From assembly GCA_040755255.1 (NCBI GenBank), contig JBFLZZ010000004.1, positions 49,849 to 113,848 of the forward strand: DNA of 64,000 nucleotides, given 5' to 3'. Made by a program: the position numbers and the translations under genes. Position 1 is the stretch's first letter; each line of letters starts with the position of its first letter. The stretch comes from Thermodesulfobacteriota bacterium. Lineage in GTDB: Bacteria; Desulfobacterota; Desulfobulbia; Desulfobulbales; S012-135. This document shows, in pieces, positions 27,149-36,821 of the stretch. The notes below the pieces were generated by a model. That model did not search any database. It had not been told where the DNA came from and saw only the letters and a list, made by a program, of their open reading frames with translations.

Positions 27149-28048
27149 TCAGAGGATCTGGTAGCGGTGGAAAAGAATCGACTGCACCCTGCCCGCCGGC
27201 CACTGCTTGTCCAGCCAGGCCAGCAGCCGTTCCTTCATCTCGCCGCGGGCCAGGGCGAAACGCTTGAGTTCGAAAAAGGGGCGGTTGGCGTAAAACTGAT
27301 AGATGAAATCGCGGATGGCGTACTGGTGCTCGATGGGCAGTTCACCGTCGCCGGCGGGCAGCAGGAGGCTGAGATCGACGACCACATAGCTTATCGCGCC
27401 GCTGCCGTCCTCGGATTCGGCGGAGATCATGAAGGAGGGAAAGCGCCATTTGCGGTACTGGCCGACATCCCTGTCCAGGGAACCGGCCGCGCCTGGCGGC
27501 GGCAGGATGATCTGCTTCTCGGCGATTGCCGGCACCGCCGGCGCATCCGGGTTATCCTCGGCCTCGCCGGCAAGCGGTGCCAGGCCGGCCGGCGATGCCG
27601 CCGGCGCGGCCGGTTCGGCGGGTGGCGCAACCGGTTCTTCGGCGATGGGCGGGACGGAGGGAGGGTCACTGCCGGGGATGACCGCCAGCGCGGCGACAAT
27701 CAGCAGCGAGAGCGTCGCCAGAAGCGCCGCGCCGCGCTGCACCGCCGACAGGCGGCCGCACAGACCGGCGGGCAGCAGCCGCCAGGGATAGACCGCATTG
27801 CCGAGCCCGGCAAGCAGTCCTTGGAGGGGACGATGTCGGCCCCCGCCCGGCACGGCGGCGTCGGCCGAGCCATCGATGGCCGGCCCGGGGTCGGATCTGC
27901 TATCGGTCTTGCCGGCCTGGGGCGGCCGAGATGTCTGGTCGTCGGGGGCTTGCAGGTATTCGGCGGCGCTGAATGCGGATTCCCAGTCGGCGTCGTTTCC
28001 CGCCGCGCGGTCGGAAGGAGGGGAAGGGTCTTTCGGTGCATCCGGCAT
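27149..28048 (-). CDS. FliL-domain membrane protein with a long Pro/Ala-rich N-terminal and linker region
   Basis: One TM segment (LLATLSLLIVAALAVI). The C-terminal about 110 aa (ISYVVVDLSLLLP...IRDFIYQFY...MKERLLAWLDKQW..GRVQSILFHRYQIL) follows the FliL pattern, including the terminal v..v.F..f.i motif. Sits directly downstream of cheY. Confidence 0.6.
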   Translation of the reverse strand: MPDAPKDPSPPSDRAAGNDADWESAFSAAEYLQAPDDQTSRPPQAGKTDSRSDPGPAIDGSADAAVPGGGRHRPLQGLLAGLGNAVYPWRLLPAGLCGRLSAVQRGAALLATLSLLIVAALAVIPGSDPPSVPPIAEEPVAPPAEPAAPAASPAGLAPLAGEAEDNPDAPAVPAIAEKQIILPPPGAAGSLDRDVGQYRKWRFPSFMISAESEDGSGAISYVVVDLSLLLPAGDGELPIEHQYAIRDFIYQFYANRPFFELKRFALARGEMKERLLAWLDKQWPAGRVQSILFHRYQIL

Positions 28049-28062
28049 CGCGGAAGACCGGC

Positions 28063-28443
28063 TCAGGCAAAGACCTTGTTGATCTTCTCGCCGAGGGTGT
28101 CGGCGGTGAAAGGCTTGACGATGTACTGGCTGACCCGCGCCTTGACCGCCAGGATGATGTTGTCCTGCTGCGCCTCGGCGGTCACCATGATGAAGGGGAT
28201 CTTGGTCCAGGCCGCTTCGGCCCGCACCCTTTTCAGCAGTTCCAGGCCGGTCATCTTCGGCATGTTCCAGTCGGAGATGATCAGGTCGATCTTGCTCTCC
28301 TGCAGGACCTTCAGGGCGGTGGTGCCGTCGTCGGCCTCGATGATGTTCTTGAAGCCGAGCTGGGTCAGGATGTTCTTCACAATCCTGCGCATGGTGGCGA
28401 AATCGTCAACAACGAGAATCCTCATGTCCTTATCGGCTGCCAT
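28063..28443 (-). CDS. cheY: Chemotaxis response regulator CheY
   Basis: 126 aa. MRILVVDDFATMRRIVKN...DLIISDWNMPKMTG...IMVTAEA...YIVKPF, i.e. canonical CheY residues. Confidence 0.9.
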   Translation of the reverse strand: MAADKDMRILVVDDFATMRRIVKNILTQLGFKNIIEADDGTTALKVLQESKIDLIISDWNMPKMTGLELLKRVRAEAAWTKIPFIMVTAEAQQDNIILAVKARVSQYIVKPFTADTLGEKINKVFA

Positions 28444-28549
28444 CGTTCCCCTCGAGAGCTGTCGGCATCTTGGCTGTGACCGGCGGGCGGGCGGCGCCCC
28501 GCGGCGCGCGGGTGACGGGAAACATTGCCGTCACCCCGGCGATACAGAT

Positions 28550-28578
28550 ATTGTAATGAAAATAAACGTCATTTGCAA
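28550..28578 (-). promoter_or_regulatory. Candidate sigma-70 promoter upstream of cheY
   Basis: Minus strand reads TTGCAA-17 nt-TACAAT (-35 at 28573-28578, -10 at 28550-28555). A 9-bp hairpin GGGTGACGG/CCGTCACCC follows in the leader. Confidence 0.4.
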
Positions 28579-28583
28579 AGCGG

Positions 28584-29360
28584 CTAGGCGGCCAGGGCCT
28601 TTTTCATTTTGGCGCGCAGCCGCAGCATCGCCTTGCTGTGCATCTGGGAGATGCGGGATTCGGTATAGCCGAGCACCTCGCCGATCTCCTTCATCGTCAA
28701 TTCCTCGAAGTAGTAGAGGGCCACGGTCAGCTTCTCCTTCTCCGGCAGCCCGTCGATGGCCCGCGCCACCACCTCCCTCAGTTCCGCCCGGTTGATCGCC
28801 GCAAAGGGGTCGGTCTCGTCGGCCATGCAGCCGAGAAAACCGTCCTCGTTGTCGGAGACGTTCTGACGGAGCATCTCGATGTCGATGAAGGTCACCGCCT
28901 TGGTCTCGTCCACCAGCCGGTAGTAGGCATCCATGCTCAGCCCCATGGCGCCGGCCACCTCCTCGTCGGTAGCCGGCCGGCCAAGCTTCGATTCCAGCTC
29001 GGCGTAGGAGGTCTCCAGGTCGGTGAGCTTGCGCCGCACCGAGCGCGGCACCCAGTCCAGCGAACGCAGTTCGTCCAGCATCGCTCCCTTGATGCGGAAC
29101 TCGGCGTAGGTCTTGAACTGGACGTTCTTGGTGAAGTCGAACTTTTCGATGGCGTCGATCAGGCCGATGATGCCGCAACTGATCAGGTCCTCCATCGAGA
29201 CGTGCGCCGGCAGCCGCGCCGCGAGCCGCTGGGCGATGTACTTGATGAGCGGCGTGTAGGTGAGGACGAGTTCGTTGCGCCGGTCGGCGTCAAGGGGCCC
29301 CTTGCCGTTGAAATAGGCCTTGGTGACGTCCTTGAATTTGGTTGGGGAATGCTTTGTCAT
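28584..29360 (-). CDS. fliA: Flagellar sigma factor FliA (sigma-28)
   Basis: The internal ATG at 29358-29360 gives MTKHSPTKF...LVLTYTPLIKYIAQRL..RLP..V..EDLISCGIIGLIDAIEKFD (region 2). Region 4 reads LTMKEIGEVLGYTESRISQMH. Confidence 0.9.
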   Translation of the reverse strand: MTKHSPTKFKDVTKAYFNGKGPLDADRRNELVLTYTPLIKYIAQRLAARLPAHVSMEDLISCGIIGLIDAIEKFDFTKNVQFKTYAEFRIKGAMLDELRSLDWVPRSVRRKLTDLETSYAELESKLGRPATDEEVAGAMGLSMDAYYRLVDETKAVTFIDIEMLRQNVSDNEDGFLGCMADETDPFAAINRAELREVVARAIDGLPEKEKLTVALYYFEELTMKEIGEVLGYTESRISQMHSKAMLRLRAKMKKALAA

Positions 29361-29532
29361 CGGCACGCGGTGGCGGCTGTGCCGGAGGCGGTTTCGGCCT
29401 CCGGTCTCGGATGGAACGATGCCCCCAATTATGGAGGGCTCGGAATTACTCATAATCGGTGGCATCCGGCAACGCAATCTCAACGGATACAGGGTAAGCC
29501 GGCGCCGGAATCGCAGTCATTGCGGTTCCGAC

Positions 29533-29541
29533 AATTATACC
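29533..29541 (-). promoter_or_regulatory. Candidate extended -10 promoter element upstream of fliA
   Basis: Minus strand reads TGgTATAAT. No convincing -35. An 8-bp hairpin CCGGAGGC/GCCTCCGG lies in the leader (about 29387-29411). Confidence 0.3.
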
Positions 29542-29633
29542 AGAGTCACCGGAGCTGCATCCTTCTTTTTTTTGGTCCGGCGCCGGTGGCGGCAAGGCGG
29601 AAAAGGGCGCCGGCAGCGGGAGGGACGCCGGGG

Positions 29634-30512
29634 TCAGAGGGTCATCATCCCCCGCCAGAAGAACTGGATGCTGCCGGCGGCGGAGGTTTCCGGCCGTTCG
29701 CCGGCGAGCTGTTCGGCAACCCCGGCAAGAGCGGCGGAAAAGGGTGCCGAGGGGAAGCCTTCCACCACCAGCTGCTGTTTGCGCACCGAGCGGGGAAGAT
29801 GATCGTCCAGGGGAAGGTGACCGAGATAGTCGAGGGAAATGGTGTCGAGAAAACGGTCGGCGACCTCGCTCAGCTTGCGGAACACCGTCTTGCCCTCCCT
29901 GTCGGAACGGGCGAGATTGACCAGGATCCGGAAACGCTTGACGTCGTAGCGACTGGAAAGCACCTTGATGAGGGCATAGGCATCGGTCATCGAGGTGGGC
30001 TCCGGGGTGAGCAGGACGATGCGTTCCTGGGCTGCGAGGTTGAAGTACACCACATTGCCGTTGATGCCGGCGGCGGTGTCGACGAGGAGAAAATCGAGAT
30101 CCCGGCCCAGCCCCTCCATCTCCTCCAGGAAGAACAGCTTCTGGCTCTCGTCCAGATCGGCCAGTTCGAGAATACCGGAGCTGCCGGGCAGGATGGAAAA
30201 CCCCGACGCGGCGGTGATCAGCACCTCGGCCAGCGACCGTTCGCCGGAAAACACGTGCTGGAGATTGTAGCGGGGGGTCAGCCCGAGCAGCACGTCGATG
30301 TTGGCCAGGTTGAGATCGGCGTCGAGGATCAGCACCTTCTTGCCGAGGCGCTGGAGGGCGGCGGCGAGATTGGCGGTGACGTTGGTCTTGCCGACCCCGC
30401 CCTTGCCGCTGGTGATGGAGATCACCCGCACCATGGGACCGGCCGCGGGCGCCAGGGAATGGCGCGCCTTCCTGCCGGCCATGATCGACTGTAGTGTTTC
30501 CGCCTGATGCAT
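29634..30512 (-). CDS. flhG: Flagellar number regulator FlhG (MinD/ParA-type ATPase)
   Basis: Start chosen at ATG 30510-30512: MHQAETLQSIM.. matches the N-terminal DQAxxLR-type FlhF-activating helix. Deviant Walker A is SGKGGVGKT. The track ORF extends to 30551 (10-nt overlap with flhF). Confidence 0.85.
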   Translation of the reverse strand: MHQAETLQSIMAGRKARHSLAPAAGPMVRVISITSGKGGVGKTNVTANLAAALQRLGKKVLILDADLNLANIDVLLGLTPRYNLQHVFSGERSLAEVLITAASGFSILPGSSGILELADLDESQKLFFLEEMEGLGRDLDFLLVDTAAGINGNVVYFNLAAQERIVLLTPEPTSMTDAYALIKVLSSRYDVKRFRILVNLARSDREGKTVFRKLSEVADRFLDTISLDYLGHLPLDDHLPRSVRKQQLVVEGFPSAPFSAALAGVAEQLAGERPETSAAGSIQFFWRGMMTL

Positions 30513-30541
30513 CGAATTCCCCTTCGGCAGCATGCCGACGT

Positions 30542-31633
30542 TCACTGCCACGCCGCGTCGCGGCCAATTTTCTCAAGCCAGGAAACGAACGCCGGCCAGC
30601 CGTTGCGGAACAGTGTACCAGCTGTTTCCTCCGACGCCAGCAAAAAATCCTCGGGAACCTTCTGGCCGCATCCGAGCCCCGCCACCGGCACCCCGGCGGC
30701 GGCAAGCTGCTGGCACAGCGCGGCATAGGCCCTGGTTTCGTCGAGCTTGGTGAGGACCAGGCCGCGGATGCCGAGAGGTTCGTAGGCGTTGAGCACGGCG
30801 GCGATGTCCTCCTTCTTGGTGGTGGCGCTGAGGGTCAGATACGGCTCCACCGCCGTCTCCGGTCCGAACCACTGCAACAGTTCCTGCACGTGGCTTTCGT
30901 CGTAGGGGTTCTTGCCGGTGGTGTCGACGATCACCATGTCCTTGCCGGAAAAGCGGGCCAGGGAACGGGCAAGGTCGCGGGGCTGCATCGCCACGTCACA
31001 CTGCAGGTTCATGATCCGGGCATAGGTCCGCAGCTGGTCGGTGGCGCCGATCCGGTAACAGTCCATGGAGACGAGGGCGACGCTGCCGCCCTGGCGCAGG
31101 CTCGCCCAGGCGGCGAGCTTGGCGGCGGTGGTGGTCTTGCCGACGCCGGTGGCGCCGACAAGGGCGATGACCCGGCGGCGGCGGCTGTCGATACGGAAAG
31201 GTTCGTAACGGATGCGGGCGAGGATCTCCTCCCGCCAGCGGGCCACGTCGCCGCTTTCCCTGCCGGCGGGTGCGACGGCCGGGCGCGGCGGCCGGACGGC
31301 CGCAACCGGCGGCGACAGATGCGGCGGATGCTGGTCGTCGCTGACCCCCCTGGCGTGCAGCTGGGCACGCAGGGAACCGGCAAAGCGTTCCGGCGGCGGT
31401 TCGGGCCGGGACGAGGAGACGGATCCGGCCTCGGCCGCGTTTCTCGTCACCGGTTCCTCGCCGGCGAGACGGAAGACGTCCTGGTCCATGGCAGCCACCA
31501 CCTCGACGGAGGAGCGGCCGCTGGCCGAACGGATGGTCCGGTTGGCGAGGATCACCGCGTCCTCGCCCAGTTCGCCCTTCACCATGGCCAGGGCCGATTT
31601 CTGATCTGGTGCCTCGAATCTTCGGATACGCAT
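30542..31633 (-). CDS. flhF: Flagellar biosynthesis SRP-type GTPase FlhF
   Basis: N-terminal B-domain MRIRRFEAPDQKSALAMVKGELGEDAVIL. G-motifs GATGVGKTTT, DTTG, TKLDE. Confidence 0.9.
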   Translation of the reverse strand: MRIRRFEAPDQKSALAMVKGELGEDAVILANRTIRSASGRSSVEVVAAMDQDVFRLAGEEPVTRNAAEAGSVSSSRPEPPPERFAGSLRAQLHARGVSDDQHPPHLSPPVAAVRPPRPAVAPAGRESGDVARWREEILARIRYEPFRIDSRRRRVIALVGATGVGKTTTAAKLAAWASLRQGGSVALVSMDCYRIGATDQLRTYARIMNLQCDVAMQPRDLARSLARFSGKDMVIVDTTGKNPYDESHVQELLQWFGPETAVEPYLTLSATTKKEDIAAVLNAYEPLGIRGLVLTKLDETRAYAALCQQLAAAGVPVAGLGCGQKVPEDFLLASEETAGTLFRNGWPAFVSWLEKIGRDAAWQ

Positions 31634-31779
31634 CTTCTCCCTCTCTCGGTGGTATCAAAGTCGACGGCTTTCAGTCGGCAGCCGACAGCCAGGGAATCAT
31701 CCTCGGCCACCGGCTGAACCCTGCCGACTGCACACTGAAAACCGCATGCTGAAAACCGTATTCTGCCAACGTCTCCATC

Positions 31780-33885
31780 CTATCGCCGCGGATTGAGTTC
31801 GATAGTGCCCAGGGATTTGATCATCACCCGCGAGGTCAACTCGGTGTTGGACAGCACGACGATCTGCGAGATGAACCGGGACAACAGCTGCCACAGGTGG
31901 CGACGCACCGCCGGCGAACAGAGGATGATCGGCTGGTAGCCCTCGCCGCTCACCCGTTCCGCCTCCTCCTGCACCGATTTGATCAGCCGCTGGGCCAGGT
32001 TGGGTTCCAGGTTGAGGAAGTAGCCCTGGTCGCTCTTCTGCAGCGATTCGCGGAGCAGATCCTCGATCCGGGTTTCGATGGTCAGGGCATGGAGGCTGTT
32101 CTCCTCGTCCACCAGCGAACTGACGATGTGGCGGGCGAGCTTGCGGCGGACGTACTCGGTGAGGATGTCGGGATCCTTGGTCATCGGCGCGTAATCGGCG
32201 AGGGTTTCGCAGATGGTCAGCATGTCGCGGATGGAAACCCGTTCCCGCAGCAGGTTCTGCAGCACCTTCTGCACCCCGCCCAGCGGCAGCAGACCGGGAA
32301 CCAGCTCCTCCACCACCTTGGGATAGCTCTGGGCGAGGTTGTCGAGCAGCTTCTGGGTGTCCTGGCGGCCGAGCAGTTCGTCGGCATGGCCGCGCAGGAT
32401 CTCGGTGAGATGGGTGGCGATCACCGTCGACGGGTCGACCACGGTGTAGCCGGCGAGCTGGGCCTCGTCCTTCTTGTCCGTCGAGATCCACACCGCCGAA
32501 AGCCCGAAGGCCGGCTCCTTGGTGGGGATGCCCTCGATCTGCCGGCGAGCGGCGCCGGAATCCATGGCCAGGAGGCTGCCTACCATGATCTCGCCGCGGG
32601 CGATCTCCACCCCCTTGAGCAGCAGCGCATACTCGTCGGGGCGGAGCTGCAGGTTGTCGCGCACGTGCATCGGCGGGACGATGAGGCCGGTGTCGGTGGC
32701 GAACTGGCGTCGGATGCCGCGGATGCGTTCGAGCAGATCACCTTCCTGCTTTTCGTCCACCAGGGGGATGAGGCCGTAGCCCACTTCGAGCTGAAGGATG
32801 TCCAGCGGCAGGAGCGAGGCCACCGCCTCGGGCGAACCGGGCGACGGCTCCTCGGCCTTGCGCTTCTCCTCCTCCCTGCCCTCTTCCTCCCTGATCTTCT
32901 CCTGCTGCTGGAAGGCGAGCCAGGCAAGCCCGCCGGTCGCCGAACCGAGGATGACGAAGGGCACGTGCGGCAGGCCGGGTACCAGGGAGAACAGCAGGAT
33001 GATGCCGGATGCCACCGCCAGCGCCTGCGGCTGCTGGGTGAACTGCCGGGAGAACTCCTTGCCCATGCTGGCGTCGGAGGCGGCGCGGCTGACGATGATG
33101 CCGGCGGAGGTGGAGATGATCAGCGACGGGATCTGCGAAACGAGGCCGTCGCCGATGGTGAGCAGGGTGTAGGTTTCCAGGGCGCTGACCAGGTCCATGC
33201 CCTGCATGAAGGCGCCGATGGCAAGGCCGCCCAGGATGTTGATCGCCATGATGACCAGGCTGGCCACCGCCTCGCCGCGCACGAATTTGCTGGCACCGTC
33301 CATGGCGCCGTAGAATTCCGACTGGCGCGCCACCTCCCGCCGCCGCCGCTTGGCCTCCCCTTCGTCGATGAGGCCGGCGTTGAGGTCGGCGTCGATGGCC
33401 ATCTGCTTGCCGGGCATGGCATCGAGGGTGAAGCGGGCGGCGACCTCGGCGATGCGGCCGGAGCCCTTGGTGATGACGATGAAGTTGATCAGCACCATGA
33501 TCAGGAAGATGATGAGGCCGACGCCGAAATTGCCGCCCACCACGAAGTTGCCGAAAGACTGAATCACCTGGCCGACGGCGCCGGTTCCTTCGTGACCGTG
33601 CAGCAGGATGAGGCGGGTGGAGGCGATGTTGAGCGACAGCCGGTAGAGGGTGGTGACCAGGAGCAGCGAGGGAAAGGAGGAGAAATCCAGGGGGTTGGTG
33701 TTGTACATGGCCATCAGCAGGATGACCAGACCCATGGTGATGCCCAGCGACAGCAACAGGTCGAGGGCCATCGTCGGCAGCGGGATGATCATCACCATCA
33801 GGGTGCCCACCACCCCCAGCGCCACCGCCAGGCTGGACGGCTCCATCACCATCGGCCGCATCTCCGTGGCTGCCTTCTCCGCCAT
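31780..33885 (-). CDS. flhA: Flagellar type III export gate protein FlhA
   Basis: 701 aa. N-terminal TM domain with the FHIPEP region (GDGLVSQIPSLIISTSAGIIVSR) plus a cytoplasmic domain. Confidence 0.95.
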   Translation of the reverse strand: MAEKAATEMRPMVMEPSSLAVALGVVGTLMVMIIPLPTMALDLLLSLGITMGLVILLMAMYNTNPLDFSSFPSLLLVTTLYRLSLNIASTRLILLHGHEGTGAVGQVIQSFGNFVVGGNFGVGLIIFLIMVLINFIVITKGSGRIAEVAARFTLDAMPGKQMAIDADLNAGLIDEGEAKRRRREVARQSEFYGAMDGASKFVRGEAVASLVIMAINILGGLAIGAFMQGMDLVSALETYTLLTIGDGLVSQIPSLIISTSAGIIVSRAASDASMGKEFSRQFTQQPQALAVASGIILLFSLVPGLPHVPFVILGSATGGLAWLAFQQQEKIREEEGREEEKRKAEEPSPGSPEAVASLLPLDILQLEVGYGLIPLVDEKQEGDLLERIRGIRRQFATDTGLIVPPMHVRDNLQLRPDEYALLLKGVEIARGEIMVGSLLAMDSGAARRQIEGIPTKEPAFGLSAVWISTDKKDEAQLAGYTVVDPSTVIATHLTEILRGHADELLGRQDTQKLLDNLAQSYPKVVEELVPGLLPLGGVQKVLQNLLRERVSIRDMLTICETLADYAPMTKDPDILTEYVRRKLARHIVSSLVDEENSLHALTIETRIEDLLRESLQKSDQGYFLNLEPNLAQRLIKSVQEEAERVSGEGYQPIILCSPAVRRHLWQLLSRFISQIVVLSNTELTSRVMIKSLGTIELNPRR

Positions 33886-33922
33886 TATCCCTTATCCCCC
33901 TGTTTCATGACACCACCCGGTT

Positions 33923-34993
33923 TCATGCCGATTTGCGCTTGAGGCCGTAGACGTAGGCGAGCACTTCCGCCACCGCCTGGAAGAGGTTCTCCGGCACATA
34001 GTCGTCGATCTTCACCTGCTTGAACAGGGCCTGGGCGAGCGGCTTGTTCTCCACCAGCGGCACCCCGTGCTCACGGGCGACCTCCCTGATCCGTTGCGCG
34101 ATGGCGCCGGCGCCCTTGGCCACCACCTTGGGGGCATGCATGCTCATGGAGTCGTAACGCAGCGCGATGGCCAGCCGGGTGGGGTTGGTGATCACCACGT
34201 CCGCCTTGGGCACCTCCTCCATCATCCGCCGCCGCGCCATCTCCATCTGGATGGCGCGGATGCGGCCCTTGACATGGGGGTCGCCCTCGGTCTGCTTGGC
34301 CTCTTCCTTCATCTCCTGCTTGGTCATCCGCATCTTCTTCATGAACTCCCAGCGCTGGAAGGCGTAGTCGAACATGGCGAGGACGATGAGGATCAGCGCC
34401 GCCTTCAGGAAGATACGGAAGGATACCTGGCCGATGAAGCCGGCGATCTGCAGCACCTCCTGATCCATAAGCGGGTTGAGGCCGGGCAGCGCCCGCATGA
34501 TCTCCCGGTAGGCCACGTAGCCGATGATCACCACCTTCATGATGGACTTCACCGAGTTGGCCAGCATCTGCAGGGAAAACATCCGGGCAAAGCCCTGGAT
34601 CGGATCGATCTTGGAGAGCTTGGGCGTCAGTTTTTCGGTGGTGAACAGGAAACCGAACTGGCCGACGTTGGCAAGCAATCCCACGACGAGCACGACCAGC
34701 ATCACCGGACCGGCGGTAACCAGGGAGAAACGCATCCCTTCCAGCGTCAGCGCGCTCATGTCGCCCAGGCCCAGTGGCACGGCGTGAAGGTTGGTGAGAT
34801 AGTGTTTGAGCATCCGGTAGAACTGTTCCATGAAAAAGGTGCTGAAGCCGTACAGGGTGAGGATGGAGGAAAGCAGCACCAGGGCGGAGGGGATCTCCAT
34901 GCTCTTGGCGATGTCGCCCTTGTCGCGGGCATCCTTGAGCCGGCGCGCGGTCGGCTCCTCGGTTTTTTCCTGACCGCTGTTTTCTTCCGCCAT
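33923..34993 (-). CDS. flhB: Flagellar export protein FlhB
   Basis: MAEENSGQEKTEEPTARRLKDARDKGDIAKS... and the NPTH-type autocleavage site (VVITNPTRLAIAL). Confidence 0.95.
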   Translation of the reverse strand: MAEENSGQEKTEEPTARRLKDARDKGDIAKSMEIPSALVLLSSILTLYGFSTFFMEQFYRMLKHYLTNLHAVPLGLGDMSALTLEGMRFSLVTAGPVMLVVLVVGLLANVGQFGFLFTTEKLTPKLSKIDPIQGFARMFSLQMLANSVKSIMKVVIIGYVAYREIMRALPGLNPLMDQEVLQIAGFIGQVSFRIFLKAALILIVLAMFDYAFQRWEFMKKMRMTKQEMKEEAKQTEGDPHVKGRIRAIQMEMARRRMMEEVPKADVVITNPTRLAIALRYDSMSMHAPKVVAKGAGAIAQRIREVAREHGVPLVENKPLAQALFKQVKIDDYVPENLFQAVAEVLAYVYGLKRKSA

Positions 34994-34999
34994 CTTTCG

Positions 35000-35791
35000 C
35001 TATCCTCCGAGCCCGGCGGCGAGCCGGGGCAGCATGCGGGCGAGCATCTCGAAGTTATTGAGCATCACCGGCAGAAAGAAGGCGAGCGACAGGCCGACGA
35101 ACAACATGCCGATGGCGATGTTCATCGGCATCGCCACCAGCATCACCGGAATCTGGGGCACCGTCTTGGCCAGGATGCCGGCGGCGACATGGGAAAAGAG
35201 CAGCACCGCGCCCGCCGGCGCCATCACCTTGATGGCGAGGACGAACATGTTGACCACCCCCTCCATCATGCCGACGTAGGTCGCCCGGCCGAGATGCAGG
35301 GAGCCGGGGGCGACCCAGCGAAAGCTCTCGGCCAGGGTGGTGATGTACATGTGGTGGCCGTCGACGGCGAGAAAGAGCAGGATCGCCACCAGGTTCCAGA
35401 AGATGCCGATCAAGGAGGTCTGGGTACCGAACTGGGGGTCCATCGCCGCCGCCATCCCCATGCCCATGGAGATGGAAACGTACTGGCCGGCCAGCTGCAC
35501 CGCGGCGAACACCAGCCGGACGAAAAGCGACAGGATCGCGGCGAACACCACCTCGGCGAGGACGAACAGGGCGAAACCCACCGCTTTCTGCGGCAGCTGC
35601 TCCGGCCGGATCTCCACCACCGAAGCCAGGACCAGGGAAAGGACCAGGGCGAACAGCACCTTGATCTGGGTCGGCACCCCTTCCGAGCCGGTCACCGGCA
35701 TGAAGAAGACCAGCGGCCCCACCCGGGTGAGGATGACCACCACCGCCAGCAGGTGGGACAGGGTCCAGTTGAGCAGCTGGGCGTCGGGCAC
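35000..35791 (-). CDS. fliR: Flagellar export protein FliR
   Basis: 263-aa polytopic protein between fliQ and flhB. GTG start. Confidence 0.9.
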   Translation of the reverse strand: MPDAQLLNWTLSHLLAVVVILTRVGPLVFFMPVTGSEGVPTQIKVLFALVLSLVLASVVEIRPEQLPQKAVGFALFVLAEVVFAAILSLFVRLVFAAVQLAGQYVSISMGMGMAAAMDPQFGTQTSLIGIFWNLVAILLFLAVDGHHMYITTLAESFRWVAPGSLHLGRATYVGMMEGVVNMFVLAIKVMAPAGAVLLFSHVAAGILAKTVPQIPVMLVAMPMNIAIGMLFVGLSLAFFLPVMLNNFEMLARMLPRLAAGLGG

Positions 35792-35795
35792 GGGC

Positions 35796-36065
35796 TCACC
35801 TGATCAGGTCGGGGATGCTGGTGATCAGATCGCTGGTGAAGTCGGTGATCTTCACCATCATCCAGGACGCGAAGAAGATCATCGACAGCATCACCGCGAC
35901 GATCTTGGGCACGAAGGTGAGGGTCATCTCCTGGATCTGGGTGGTGGCCTGGAACAGGGCGATGAGCAGACCGACCACCATGCCGACGATGAGCGGCGGC
36001 GCCGACAGCATCAGGGAGAGGGTGATCGCCTGTTCACCGAGGGTGAGGACTTCCGCGCTGGTCAT
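35796..36065 (-). CDS. fliQ: Flagellar export protein FliQ
   Basis: 89 aa, two TM segments. ...LIALFQATTQIQEMTLTFVPKI is the FliQ signature. Confidence 0.9.
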   Translation of the reverse strand: MTSAEVLTLGEQAITLSLMLSAPPLIVGMVVGLLIALFQATTQIQEMTLTFVPKIVAVMLSMIFFASWMMVKITDFTSDLITSIPDLIR

Positions 36066-36068
36066 CGT

Positions 36069-36821
36069 TCAGCCTCCGAAGCTCCGCATCAGGGAACCGA
36101 CCACCAGATTCCAGCCGTCCACCAGGACGAAGAGCAGCAGCTTGAACGGCAGGGAGATCATGATGGGCGGCAGCATCATCATGCCCATGGCCAGGAGCAC
36201 CGAGGCGACCACCATGTCGATGATGAGAAAGGGCAGAAAGAGGACGAAGCCGATCTGGAAGGCGGTCTTGAGTTCGCTGATCATGAAGGCGGGCACCAGC
36301 ACCGAGGACGGCACCTCGTCACGGTTCTGCGGCTTGTTCAGCTTGGCCACCGACAGGAACAGGGCGAGATCCTTCTCGCGGGTCTGGCGGAACATGAAGT
36401 CCCTGAGCGGCGCCATGCCGTTGCGGAAGGCGGTCTCCAGGGGAATCTGTTCGGCGAGATAGGGCTGCACCGCCACCGTGTTCATCTCGTTGAGCACCGG
36501 GGTCATGACGAACAGCGACAGGAAGAGGGCGAGACCGATCAGCACCTGGTTGGGCGGCATCTGCTGGGTGCCGAGGGCGTTCTTCAGAAAGGCGAAGGTG
36601 ACGATGATCCTGGTGAAGCAGGTCATCATCAGGAGAATGGCCGGCGCCATGGACAGGACGGTGAAGATCAGCAGGATCTCGATCAGGGTGGACACCTTCT
36701 CGGGCGAATCCGCCTGGTCGAGGCCGATCTGCAGGGTGGGCAGGGTCACGGCGCCGGCCGCCGCCGGCAACAGCACGCCGATGACCACCGCCACCAGCCC
36801 CCATTGCCGCCTGGCGTTCAT
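36069..36821 (-). CDS. fliP: Flagellar export protein FliP
   Basis: 250 aa. Signal peptide plus conserved FTRIIVTFAFLKNALGTQQMPPNQVLIGLALFLSLFVM and LPFLIIDMVVASVLLAMGMMMLPP. Confidence 0.95.
   Translation of the reverse strand: MNARRQWGLVAVVIGVLLPAAAGAVTLPTLQIGLDQADSPEKVSTLIEILLIFTVLSMAPAILLMMTCFTRIIVTFAFLKNALGTQQMPPNQVLIGLALFLSLFVMTPVLNEMNTVAVQPYLAEQIPLETAFRNGMAPLRDFMFRQTREKDLALFLSVAKLNKPQNRDEVPSSVLVPAFMISELKTAFQIGFVLFLPFLIIDMVVASVLLAMGMMMLPPIMISLPFKLLLFVLVDGWNLVVGSLMRSFGG

Noticed and set aside
28444-28583. Expected sigma-28 promoter (TAAA-N15-GCCGATAA) upstream of cheY
   Set aside because: Only a partial GCCGACAG without a TAAA box at the right spacing. A sigma-70-like TTGCAA-17-TACAAT fits better and is reported instead at low confidence.
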